A stretch of 30,099 nucleotides of DNA from Gemmatimonadota bacterium. GTDB taxonomy: Bacteria; Gemmatimonadota; Gemmatimonadetes; Gemmatimonadales; Gemmatimonadaceae. The stretch spans positions 1 through 30,099 of the forward strand of contig JANMLN010000162.1 of NCBI GenBank assembly GCA_031372565.1, given 5' to 3'. The position numbers and the translations under genes are program-made. Of the stretch, positions 15,889 to 24,371 are shown in pieces (position 1 is the first letter of the stretch; each line of letters opens with the position of its first letter). The notes under the pieces were generated by a model. It was not told the DNA's origin and did not search any database. It worked only from the letters and a program-made list of their open reading frames with translations.

Positions 15889-16707
15889 TTGCACGTACTG
15901 GCCGTTCTGCCCGCTCCACAGCTCACTCATCTGCGATCGGTGATCGAACCGGCGCATCGGGTGACAGCTATCGCGTCGTCGGTCGAAATGACCGAGGCCG
16001 GGCGCAAGCGCGCCTTCGACCTTGTCCTGATCGATCCGTCGATGAGTGCCGTGATCTCGATCGGCGAGATCATCGGGTTCCGTCGGGCATTCCCCTCGAT
16101 TCCGGTCATTCCCTACACCTCGATGTCGGCGTCGGCGATGCGCGCCATTGCCGAACTCGCGCCGCACGGGATCTCGCGCGTCATCCTGCATCGTGTCGAC
16201 GACTCGCCGCAGCGACTGCTCGACATGCTGCACGCGCGGCCGACCGATGCACTCACGCCACGGGTGCTGGAGATGCTCGACCCCGAGCTCTCCCGCCTCA
16301 CGCAGCGGGTGCGTGCGGGGGTCCACCGGCTCTTCGACGAGCCGCAGGCGTTCTACGGCGTGAGCGACCTGGCACAGGCGGCGGGCGTCAACCCCCGCAC
16401 GCTCTATCGACAGTTCGACACGGCCGGACTCGCACCGGCCCGCGCCATGGTCCTGGGCGCGCGGCTCCTCCGAGCGTACGTCTGGCTGCGCGATCCGGCC
16501 AACTCGGCACAGGACGTCGTTCGCAAGCTCGGTTTCTCGTCCCGACAACAGTTCGGCCGTCAACTCACCCGTGTGACCGGTGCGAGCGCGCGCGTCGTGC
16601 GCAGCTTGTCGTCGGACGACCTGATCGTCGAGCGCCTCGTGGCGCTCATTCGCGCTGCACCGCCGGGCGCGCCCTCTGATGCGATCGACGACCTCCGCGA
16701 GACCTGA
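15889..16707 (+). CDS. AraC-family transcriptional regulator with N-terminal receiver-like domain
   Basis: 272 aa, TTG start; DLVLIDP...IPVIPYT receiver-like core; two HTHs: VSDLAQAAGVNPRTLYRQF and AQDVVRKLGFSSRQQFGRQL. Confidence 0.88.
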   Translation: MHVLAVLPAPQLTHLRSVIEPAHRVTAIASSVEMTEAGRKRAFDLVLIDPSMSAVISIGEIIGFRRAFPSIPVIPYTSMSASAMRAIAELAPHGISRVILHRVDDSPQRLLDMLHARPTDALTPRVLEMLDPELSRLTQRVRAGVHRLFDEPQAFYGVSDLAQAAGVNPRTLYRQFDTAGLAPARAMVLGARLLRAYVWLRDPANSAQDVVRKLGFSSRQQFGRQLTRVTGASARVVRSLSSDDLIVERLVALIRAAPPGAPSDAIDDLRET

Positions 16708-16710
16708 CCC

Positions 16711-17133
16711 ATGCGCCGCATCCTTCCGCCCGTGCCATCGCCGCTGATGCCGCGCTGCCTCATCGTCGACGATGAGCCGGCCATCGGCCGCGCCCTCTCC
16801 CTCGCGCTCGCGCGCGATGGATGGAGCTGCGTGCACGCCTCGTCTGCCGAACAGGCGCAGGCCTGCCTGCGCGACCAGACGTTCGATGCGATGATCGTGG
16901 ACCTGCGACTGAACGACATGCGCGGCGACGTCTTCTTGCACGTCGCGTGCGCCGTGCAACCCGCGCTCGCCACCACGACGCTGTTCATGACCGGCGACAT
17001 CAGCCCCAAGGCCGACGCGTTGCTCGCCGCGACGCGGTGCCCGGCCGTGCACAAGTCGTTCGATCTGTTCGAGGTCACGGCGCAGATGCGTCGCTTCGTG
17101 CCACGGCGCGACTCAGGCTCGGCGCTCGGCTGA
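16711..17133 (+). CDS. Single-domain response regulator (CheY-like)
   Basis: LIVDDE, FDAMIVDLRLNDMRG (phospho-acceptor D), FMTG, HKSF; alternative start ATG 16747. Confidence 0.9.
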   Translation: MRRILPPVPSPLMPRCLIVDDEPAIGRALSLALARDGWSCVHASSAEQAQACLRDQTFDAMIVDLRLNDMRGDVFLHVACAVQPALATTTLFMTGDISPKADALLAATRCPAVHKSFDLFEVTAQMRRFVPRRDSGSALG

Positions 17134-17146
17134 GCGCGGCCCGCCG

Positions 17147-18130
17147 CTACTTCGCGGGGCCGACGACGAGACGCGTCGACTCGTTGCGGTCGAGGATCCC
17201 GACGAGCGCGTTGCCGAGCACCTGCTGTCGGTTCAGCGAGTGCTTGGTGAATCCTGCGCTGTAGGGCCCGCGCGACGGCGTGCCGCTCACTTGGAGCACG
17301 GCATCGAAGCGGTACCTCACCGTGCGCTTCGACTTGGGGTCGGTCCACTGTCCGGCCACCGCGAGCGCACGATTCCGCGGCCACAGGCCAAGCGGCAGCG
17401 CAAAGGTGCGCACGCGGTACCCGGCCACCGCGCTGTCGATCGCCATCACGCCGCGTGCGATCTGCTCCTGTACCATGCGATCGTCGTACTTGTTCAGCTG
17501 CGCATGCCACAGGGTGTGGTCGCACAGCTCGAACCCGGACTCGACCAGGAACTTCAGCTTGCGAAAGCGCCACGCTGTTTGTTGCCCCTCGATCCCCTTG
17601 TCGCCAAAGAACGCGTGGCCGGCGGTCGCGGCAGGCAGCAGGCAAAAGGTCGCCTTGTTGCGCCAATCCGGATGCGCCTTCGAGAACGCGAGCCAGATGC
17701 CCACGGCGCTCTCGGGGTCGATGACGAGTTGACCGTTGCGCTCGAGGTAGCGGAACTGACCGGGCGATGCATCGTCGAAGGTAAACACCACCGGAGACGT
17801 GCCCGCCGGAATGTCGAGCACGCCGTCGACGAGCTCACTCACCGTGACGGGTCGGTACCCACGCGCGTACAGCAGATCGAGGTCGCGGCGAAAGCTCGCC
17901 GTGGAGCGCGTCCAGCGGGCGTCGTCGCCACCGATCTTGTGATACTCGAGGATGGGCACCGTGCCGTCACGGCGCGGAGGACGCGCCGTTTGGGCCACGA
18001 GCGCGGTGGAGAGCGCGAGATGCGCGGCCACGCATGCGGTCGCGAGGAGACGCGAGGGGGTGACGCAGACGCGCGCCGCGGCAAGCAGGTCGCCACGGCG
18101 CGCGTGCGATGACAGGCACGTGCGAATCAT
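17147..18130 (-). CDS. Exported polysaccharide deacetylase (CE4/NodB-like)
   Basis: VPILEYHKIG, VVFTFDDA, DHTLWH, TFALPLG; N-terminal signal-like segment; start uncertain. Confidence 0.88.
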   Translation of the reverse strand: MIRTCLSSHARRGDLLAAARVCVTPSRLLATACVAAHLALSTALVAQTARPPRRDGTVPILEYHKIGGDDARWTRSTASFRRDLDLLYARGYRPVTVSELVDGVLDIPAGTSPVVFTFDDASPGQFRYLERNGQLVIDPESAVGIWLAFSKAHPDWRNKATFCLLPAATAGHAFFGDKGIEGQQTAWRFRKLKFLVESGFELCDHTLWHAQLNKYDDRMVQEQIARGVMAIDSAVAGYRVRTFALPLGLWPRNRALAVAGQWTDPKSKRTVRYRFDAVLQVSGTPSRGPYSAGFTKHSLNRQQVLGNALVGILDRNESTRLVVGPAK

Positions 18131-18159
18131 GCCCGCAAGTTATCGACCTGCACGTCGCG

Positions 18160-19425
18160 CTACGCGATGCCGAGCCACCCCGCAGGCGATACGTCGAACC
18201 CCGGAAAGACGGCGTCGAGCGACGTGGCACCCAGCCGACGCGCTGCCACTTCGGCGAACACCGCGCGAAAGTCGGTCGTGAGCGCGAGGTCGCGCCCTTC
18301 GTACAGCTGCTCGCGTGCGAGCCCGGGCCAGCGGCCGTGCACCTTGCCGCCCTTGAGACCATCGCCAATCACGAACATGGTCGTCGCGTGGCCGTGATCG
18401 GTGCCGCCGTTGCCGTTCTGCCGCACCGTGCGACCAAACTCGGACATGGTCAGCACGGTGACATCGGCCATCGCGTCGCCCAGGTCCTGCACGAAGGCTG
18501 CGATCGCGCGCGCAAACTCGTCGAGCCGATTGGCGAGCTGCCCGGTGGCGCCGCCCTGGTTCACGTGGGTGTCCCACCCGCCCACATCGGCGAACGCCAG
18601 CTCGAGGCCGACGTTGGCGCGAATCAACTGCGCGATCTGGCGCAGCTTCTGCGCAAACGGCGTGGCCGGATACTGCGCGCCGTTGCGCGGCGCGTACTGC
18701 TGCGGATTGGCCGAGCGCAGCAACTTCATGGCCTCGAACATCTCGCTGCCGCTGGCGTGGACCACATCGGCCTGGCCCGTGCGGTACAGCGCCTCGATGC
18801 GCGCCGCAGCGTCGACGTTGGTGGCGCGCAAGGCGAACGCATCGAGGCCGTCCATGGCCACGGTGGCCGATGGTCCCTCGAGGATGCGCGGCGTCTGTGC
18901 GGTGAGCGCGACCGCGCGAAAGGGCGACGGCGCGCCATTCACGAGGCAGGCCTCACACGTGCCCTTGGCGGCCAGATACCGGTTGAGCCAGCCGCTGGCC
19001 GTCCCCTTCACGTCGGGAGTGGCCGTCTCCATGTAGTCCTGCGCATCGAAGTGCGAGCGCGTGCTGCTGGGACTGCCGACTGCCGCGATCGGCGCCATCA
19101 GTCCCCGCTGGTACAGCGGCAGAAGCGGCGCCATGGCCGGGTGGAGCCCGAAGAAGCCATCGAGGTCGAGCGCCCGATTGGGCGCCCCGGCGCTGGGCGC
19201 TGGCACGGCGATCCCCGGTCGTGCCTCGTAGTAGGCGCGCTCGCCGAAGGGGACCAGCACGTTCAGCGCATCGGCGGCGCCGCGCTGGAAGAGGCAGACG
19301 AGGACGCGGCCCTTGCCCCCCGCGCCGTGCGACATGGCATACGCGCCGCGCCGCAGGAAGCTCGGGCTCAGTCCCAGCGTCACGAGGCTCAGGGCCCCGG
19401 CCTTCATGAAGACGCGACGGCGCAT
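18160..19425 (-). CDS. DUF1501 domain protein with Tat signal
   Basis: MRRRVFMK twin-arginine; FQRGAADALN, RSHFDAQD, GGWDTH, SEFGRT, GTDHG, TTDFR. Confidence 0.9.
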   Translation of the reverse strand: MRRRVFMKAGALSLVTLGLSPSFLRRGAYAMSHGAGGKGRVLVCLFQRGAADALNVLVPFGERAYYEARPGIAVPAPSAGAPNRALDLDGFFGLHPAMAPLLPLYQRGLMAPIAAVGSPSSTRSHFDAQDYMETATPDVKGTASGWLNRYLAAKGTCEACLVNGAPSPFRAVALTAQTPRILEGPSATVAMDGLDAFALRATNVDAAARIEALYRTGQADVVHASGSEMFEAMKLLRSANPQQYAPRNGAQYPATPFAQKLRQIAQLIRANVGLELAFADVGGWDTHVNQGGATGQLANRLDEFARAIAAFVQDLGDAMADVTVLTMSEFGRTVRQNGNGGTDHGHATTMFVIGDGLKGGKVHGRWPGLAREQLYEGRDLALTTDFRAVFAEVAARRLGATSLDAVFPGFDVSPAGWLGIA

Positions 19426-19438
19426 CGTGTGATCGCTC

Positions 19439-21331
19439 CTATCGACGCTGAAACTCAGGCGATCCGATCGCCAACGCGACGACCTGCGGCAGTCCGGTCA
19501 GCGCCGGCAGTTGACGAAAGAGCAATGCGCCGGCGCGCGCCATGGCCCCGGCCCCTGCGCCGACACCGGCACCCGGTGCGGGTCGCGTCGCGGCCAGTGG
19601 CATCCGGTCCGCCATCATCGCGTTTGGCGGAGTCGCCGCACCCGTCATGCTGCCATCGTCGGCGGGCGCGGGGGCCGCAGCCGACCGTGCCGCGGCATCG
19701 CCCAGCGGGTGCGACCCCGACGTCAGGATCGCGCGCGTGTCCGGCGACACGTCGCCGCCCAGCAGCTCCTGCACCACATGGTCGACCTGCGTCGCCCGCG
19801 GCGCGCGCGCGAGGTCGCGACCGGCGTTCCACGTCCCCGGGTTGGCCCCAGGCAGCCGGTTGGCACCGACGGCGAAGCCGAAGTTGATGCGATTGAGGAT
19901 CGCACCCGTGTTCATCCACTCGCGCCCCTGATCGGGCCAGCCGTTCGGCGCCTGGTGGCCCCACAGCGGCTGGCCGAGCTGCGCGATGGCCACGGCCGTG
20001 CGTGGCGTCGAGTCGGCCCGCGCGCCCAACGCACGCGAGGCGCTCACCACCACCTCGAACGGCGACTTGACCTTGGCTCGCCATGCCGCACGCGCAAAGA
20101 ACTCCGGCGACTTCACGATCGTGCGCACGACCTCGCGCATGTCACCACGCGTGCGCTGCCAAGTGCGCACGGCGCGCTCGACGAGCGCGTCGTCCGGTTG
20201 GTCGCTCACGAGCCGGATCACGAGTTTGCGCACGATGAAGCGCGCGGTCGCCGGATGCGCGGCGACCAGGTCGAGCACGTCCTCACCGTCTTCGATGCCG
20301 CGCCCGCCGGGCAACCGCTGCCCGAGCAGCTCCTTGGGGTCCGCGTCATGCATGCCCGGTCGGAAAACGAAAGGCCCACCGCGCGCCGGCTGGTCGACGG
20401 TCCAACCCGTGAAGGCGCGCGCGACGCTGATGACGTCCTGCTGCGTGTAGCCGCCGTCGACACCCAGCGTGTGCAACTCGAGCAGTTCGCGCCCGTAGTT
20501 CTCGTTCAGGCCGCCCCGACGGCGCACCATCATCCGACCACCCCCCGCGGGCCGCGCCCGCAGCTCCAGCAACGTCGGGTGCGTGCTGTCGGCCATGCTC
20601 TGCGCATTGTCGAGATACAGCAGCATGGCGGGGCTGTGCGCCACGGCGCCGAGCAGGTCGCGAAAGCGGCCGAGTGCCCGCGGCCGGATCACGTCGCGCT
20701 CGTACTGCGGCAGGTAGTGCCGCATCGTCGGGCCCTTGGCCACGAACACGTTGAAGTGGTTGAGCCAGAATTCGGTCAACACCGCTTCGAGCTGCCGCTC
20801 GGTGCCCACGGCCCGCGCCACGCGCGATGCCTGCAGCTGCGCCACCATCTGTCCCTGCGCGCGCTGCATCTCGCGATAGCGCACGGAATCATCGGCGCTT
20901 GGCACGTCGCCGTCGCGCTGCATTTGCCGCCTGACGAACGCCGGCGGCGGTGAGCGATCCATCAGGTCGGCGGGCGAACCGGCGAGCAGGGCAAAGCGGT
21001 CGCTCACGGCATCGAGCGCCGTGTCGCCTATCGTGGTGGGCTGCAGCTGACGGTCGATCCACGCGTCCACTCCCATGGCGCGCACGGCCGCGACGTCGCC
21101 CGGTCGCGGTCCGAACGCCAGACGATTCAGCACGTGGAGCGCTTGCTGGTCCTCGGTGAGTTCGCGCGGGAGCGCCGACACCGCCTCCAGCTCCGGGCTC
21201 GGCGCGAGCGTCGGCACGCCCGCCCCGCCGCCGCCCGCGCATGCGGCCAGCGACGCGAGCAGCGCCGCGGCCAGCGCGCGGTGGGCGCCGACGTGCATGT
21301 GGGAGCGAAGGCGACTCGATCGTGACGTCAT
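19439..21331 (-). CDS. DUF1800 domain lipoprotein
   Basis: LAAC lipobox; HVLNRLAFGP, FWLNHFNV, MLLYLDN, NENYGRELLELHTLG, SPEFQRR. Confidence 0.92.
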   Translation of the reverse strand: MTSRSSRLRSHMHVGAHRALAAALLASLAACAGGGGAGVPTLAPSPELEAVSALPRELTEDQQALHVLNRLAFGPRPGDVAAVRAMGVDAWIDRQLQPTTIGDTALDAVSDRFALLAGSPADLMDRSPPPAFVRRQMQRDGDVPSADDSVRYREMQRAQGQMVAQLQASRVARAVGTERQLEAVLTEFWLNHFNVFVAKGPTMRHYLPQYERDVIRPRALGRFRDLLGAVAHSPAMLLYLDNAQSMADSTHPTLLELRARPAGGGRMMVRRRGGLNENYGRELLELHTLGVDGGYTQQDVISVARAFTGWTVDQPARGGPFVFRPGMHDADPKELLGQRLPGGRGIEDGEDVLDLVAAHPATARFIVRKLVIRLVSDQPDDALVERAVRTWQRTRGDMREVVRTIVKSPEFFARAAWRAKVKSPFEVVVSASRALGARADSTPRTAVAIAQLGQPLWGHQAPNGWPDQGREWMNTGAILNRINFGFAVGANRLPGANPGTWNAGRDLARAPRATQVDHVVQELLGGDVSPDTRAILTSGSHPLGDAAARSAAAPAPADDGSMTGAATPPNAMMADRMPLAATRPAPGAGVGAGAGAMARAGALLFRQLPALTGLPQVVALAIGSPEFQRR

Positions 21332-21457
21332 GCGCTGGGCGACGGTGGGGGACGCTCGATGTTAAGCCGCGAGCACCGTGCGGAAGCTGCCGTAATGCAC
21401 GCGTGTGCGGACCTGACCCCTTGAAGGATGGCCCCTCGTCCGGGTTGATTGTAGAGA

Positions 21458-21886
21458 ATGACTTCGACTCGGAGAGACGTCGCCCTGGCGTCAGGGATCA
21501 CGGCCAGCGCAGCGACGCTGGGCGTGCTCATCGGCTTGGGCCGCGCCTCGGCCGATCCGTTTTTCGCGTTGGCGGCTGGTGGACATCTGTGGTTCGGGGC
21601 CTCCCTGCGCGCCGAATGGCCGTACGTCTTCGCAGGCGCGGCACGGCACCTGCTGCTGGTGTCGCCCCTGGGAGCGGCGGTCGCCCTTGCGCCGTGGTCG
21701 CGACGACACCTGGTGGAGGTGGCGCTGGCGGTGGCAGGGGTCGCGGTGCTCGCGGTGCCCTATCTGCCGGACCTGATCCGCCCGCTGGCCCTCGACCTCT
21801 CGTGGGCGGAACGGGTGGTGACCTGGATGGCGCTCTCAGGCGGGCTCGTGCTTGGCGCGCGTCTGGCGCCCGACCCGTCGACCTAG
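21458..21886 (+). CDS. Hypothetical membrane protein (~4 TM), 142 aa
   Basis: Four hydrophobic segments; fills the gap divergent from DUF1800. Confidence 0.65.
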   Translation: MTSTRRDVALASGITASAATLGVLIGLGRASADPFFALAAGGHLWFGASLRAEWPYVFAGAARHLLLVSPLGAAVALAPWSRRHLVEVALAVAGVAVLAVPYLPDLIRPLALDLSWAERVVTWMALSGGLVLGARLAPDPST

Positions 21887-21973
21887 CGTGTAAGGGAATT
21901 CCCGCAGACCGGTGGCATGTGGCCTATTGACGGCCCCTCGAATCCGAGCGAGCATCGGACGCAAGGAGACCAC

Positions 21974-22240
21974 ATGCCAAGGCCCAGTGTCGTGCAACCG
22001 AAGCTCCGCCCATCGCAGGGCGATCGCGTCATCTCCGATGACGACGGCCTCTTGTGGAGCGCCACCTTGGTCGAGGACCAGGGCGATGTGCTGGTGATCT
22101 TCCACTGCATCACCGATGCGCGACGCTCCGGCCGCATCTCGTGCCTCGCCGTCGACCTCGGCATGCCGTTTGCCGACCTCCCCGACGAGACCGTGCGCGA
22201 CTGGCTCCGACACGCGCCGCCGATCGGGCGGCTCTACTGA
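21974..22240 (+). CDS. Small hypothetical protein, 88 aa
   Basis: AAGGAG SD before ATG 21974; ordinary globular composition (RVISDDDGLLWSAT...DLPDETVRDWLRHA). Confidence 0.75.
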   Translation: MPRPSVVQPKLRPSQGDRVISDDDGLLWSATLVEDQGDVLVIFHCITDARRSGRISCLAVDLGMPFADLPDETVRDWLRHAPPIGRLY

Positions 22241-22265
22241 CCCGCCTGCGGCGGGAGGAGGGGGT

Positions 22266-24371
22266 ATGCGCGAGTATGGCTCGAAGGAGATCCGCAACGT
22301 GGCTGTAGTGGGACACGGCGCGAGCGGCAAGACGACCTTGGTCGATGCCCTCGCGTTCGTGTCCGGATCCAGCAAGCGGCATGGCCGCGTGAAAGACGGG
22401 ACAGCGCTCACCGACTACGCACCCGAAGAGGTTGAACATCGATACTCCATCAATCTTGGGCTTGCACACGCCGAGTGGATGGACAGCAAGATCAACCTGC
22501 TCGACACGCCGGGCTTTCTCGATTTCGAGGGCGACACCACAGCGGGACTGACCGCCGCGGATGGCGCCCTCCTGTGCATCAGTGCCACTGCGGGCGTTGA
22601 GGTCGGCGCCGAGCGGATGTTCCGCGCGGCTGTGGCGCGCCGCGACCCCGTGCTCTTCGTGGTCACGATGCTCGACAAGGAGCACGCCAGCTTCGCGCGG
22701 ACCTTCGAGCAGATCAAGGAGCGGCTCACGGCGCGCGTCATTCCCGTCGAGATCCCCCTCGGCGAAGGGCCCGGGTTTCACGGCCTGCTCAATCTCTTCG
22801 AGAAGACGGCGCGCACCTTCGTGAAGGGCACGAAGAGCGGTGAGTACATCGAGGGCGACGTGCCGGCCGAGGCGCGCGCGACCTTCGATCAGTACTACAA
22901 CGAGCTGATCGAGACGATCGCGGCCGGCGACGACTCGTTGCTCGAGCGCTATCTCGAGGGTGCGGAGATCTCGCGCGAGGACGCGATGGCCGCGATGAAG
23001 GAGGAAATGAAGCGCGGGGAGGTGTATCCGCTCTTCTGCTGTGCCGCCGAACTCACCTACGGCACGCGCGAACTCCTCACCAAGATCGTCGAACTGATGC
23101 CGACCGCGTACGAGATGGAGGAGCTGCACGCCTTCACCGGCGCCGAGGGCCATCGCACGGTCGAGATCCATGCCGAGCCCGAGGCACCGTTCTCGGCGCT
23201 CGTGTTCAAGACGGTGGCCGAACCACACGTCGGGGATGTGTCGTACTTCCGCGTCTTCTCGGGCACGGTACGCAGTGGCGCCGAGGTGTACAACGCGACG
23301 CGCGATCACGCCGAGAAGATGGGCCATCTGGCCGTCCCGCAAGGGCGCGAGCGGATCGAGGTCTCGCGGTTGCTGCCGGGCGACATCGGCTGCGTGGCCA
23401 AGCTCCGCAACACGCACACCAACGACACGCTCTCGACCCGCGAACATCCGGTGCGACTGCCGGGCATCGCCTTTCCCGAGCCATTGGTGCATTTCGCGGT
23501 CCATGCGGCCACGCGCGCCGACGAGGACAAGCTGCAAGCCGGGCTGCATCGGCTGCACGACGAAGATCCGACCTTCGAGCTCCACTACGACGGCGAAACG
23601 CATGAAACGATCGTCGCGGGCATGGGGGAGCGGCACCTCGAGATCGCGATGAGTCGGCTCACGCGGAAGTTCGGCGTGCTCGCCGAACTCACGCCGCCGC
23701 GCATTGCCTATCGCGAGACGCTGACCGCCTCGGCGCAGGGCCAGGGGCGCCACCGGAAGCAGAGCGGCGGACGCGGGCAGTTCGGCGACTGCTGGGTCCG
23801 CCTGTCGCCGCGTTCCCGCGGAGCGGGCTACCAGTTCACGAACGAGGTCGTGGGCGGCGCCATCCCCGGCAAGTTCATTCCGGCGGTGGACCGGGGGGTG
23901 CAGGAGGCGTCGGTGCGTGGCGTCCTCGCCGGCTATCCGATGGTCGACTTCGCCTGTGCCTGCTTCGACGGCAGCGCGCACTCGGTGGACTCGAACGAAA
24001 TGTCGTTCAAGATGGCCGGCATTGCGGCCTTCAAGCAGGTGGCTACCCAGGCACGACCCGTGCTGCTCGAACCGGTGGATCAGGTCGAGGTCACCACGCC
24101 TGAACAGTATCTGGGGGATGTGCTGGGCGACCTCTCTGCTCGTCGCGGGAGCATCGTGGGCACGGAACTCGCGCTGGATGGCCTCGGCACGCGCGTGCGC
24201 GCGATCGTGCCGCGGGCCGAGTTGCATCTGTATGCCACCCATCTCTCGTCGATCACGCACGGCCGCGGCTTGCTCGCGCGGCGCGTCGAGGGCTACGAGC
24301 TGATGCCCACCGAGGCGGCGCAGCGGCTCATCGCGAGCAGTCGCCAGGTGGAGGAGCCGCTCGAGGCGTGA
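22266..24371 (+). CDS. fusA2: Elongation factor G paralogue (EF-G2 / EF-G II), 701 aa
   Basis: GGAGG SD; GHGASGKTT, DTPG, GMGERHL, KQSGGRGQFG, HSVDSNEMSF, LLEP; RYSI replaces RGITI; not in an str operon. Confidence 0.92.
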   Translation: MREYGSKEIRNVAVVGHGASGKTTLVDALAFVSGSSKRHGRVKDGTALTDYAPEEVEHRYSINLGLAHAEWMDSKINLLDTPGFLDFEGDTTAGLTAADGALLCISATAGVEVGAERMFRAAVARRDPVLFVVTMLDKEHASFARTFEQIKERLTARVIPVEIPLGEGPGFHGLLNLFEKTARTFVKGTKSGEYIEGDVPAEARATFDQYYNELIETIAAGDDSLLERYLEGAEISREDAMAAMKEEMKRGEVYPLFCCAAELTYGTRELLTKIVELMPTAYEMEELHAFTGAEGHRTVEIHAEPEAPFSALVFKTVAEPHVGDVSYFRVFSGTVRSGAEVYNATRDHAEKMGHLAVPQGRERIEVSRLLPGDIGCVAKLRNTHTNDTLSTREHPVRLPGIAFPEPLVHFAVHAATRADEDKLQAGLHRLHDEDPTFELHYDGETHETIVAGMGERHLEIAMSRLTRKFGVLAELTPPRIAYRETLTASAQGQGRHRKQSGGRGQFGDCWVRLSPRSRGAGYQFTNEVVGGAIPGKFIPAVDRGVQEASVRGVLAGYPMVDFACACFDGSAHSVDSNEMSFKMAGIAAFKQVATQARPVLLEPVDQVEVTTPEQYLGDVLGDLSARRGSIVGTELALDGLGTRVRAIVPRAELHLYATHLSSITHGRGLLARRVEGYELMPTEAAQRLIASSRQVEEPLEA

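Noticed and set aside
21912..21930. Sigma54 promoter at TGGCAT (also TGGCAC near 13338)
   Set aside because: No TTGC at the required -12 spacing.
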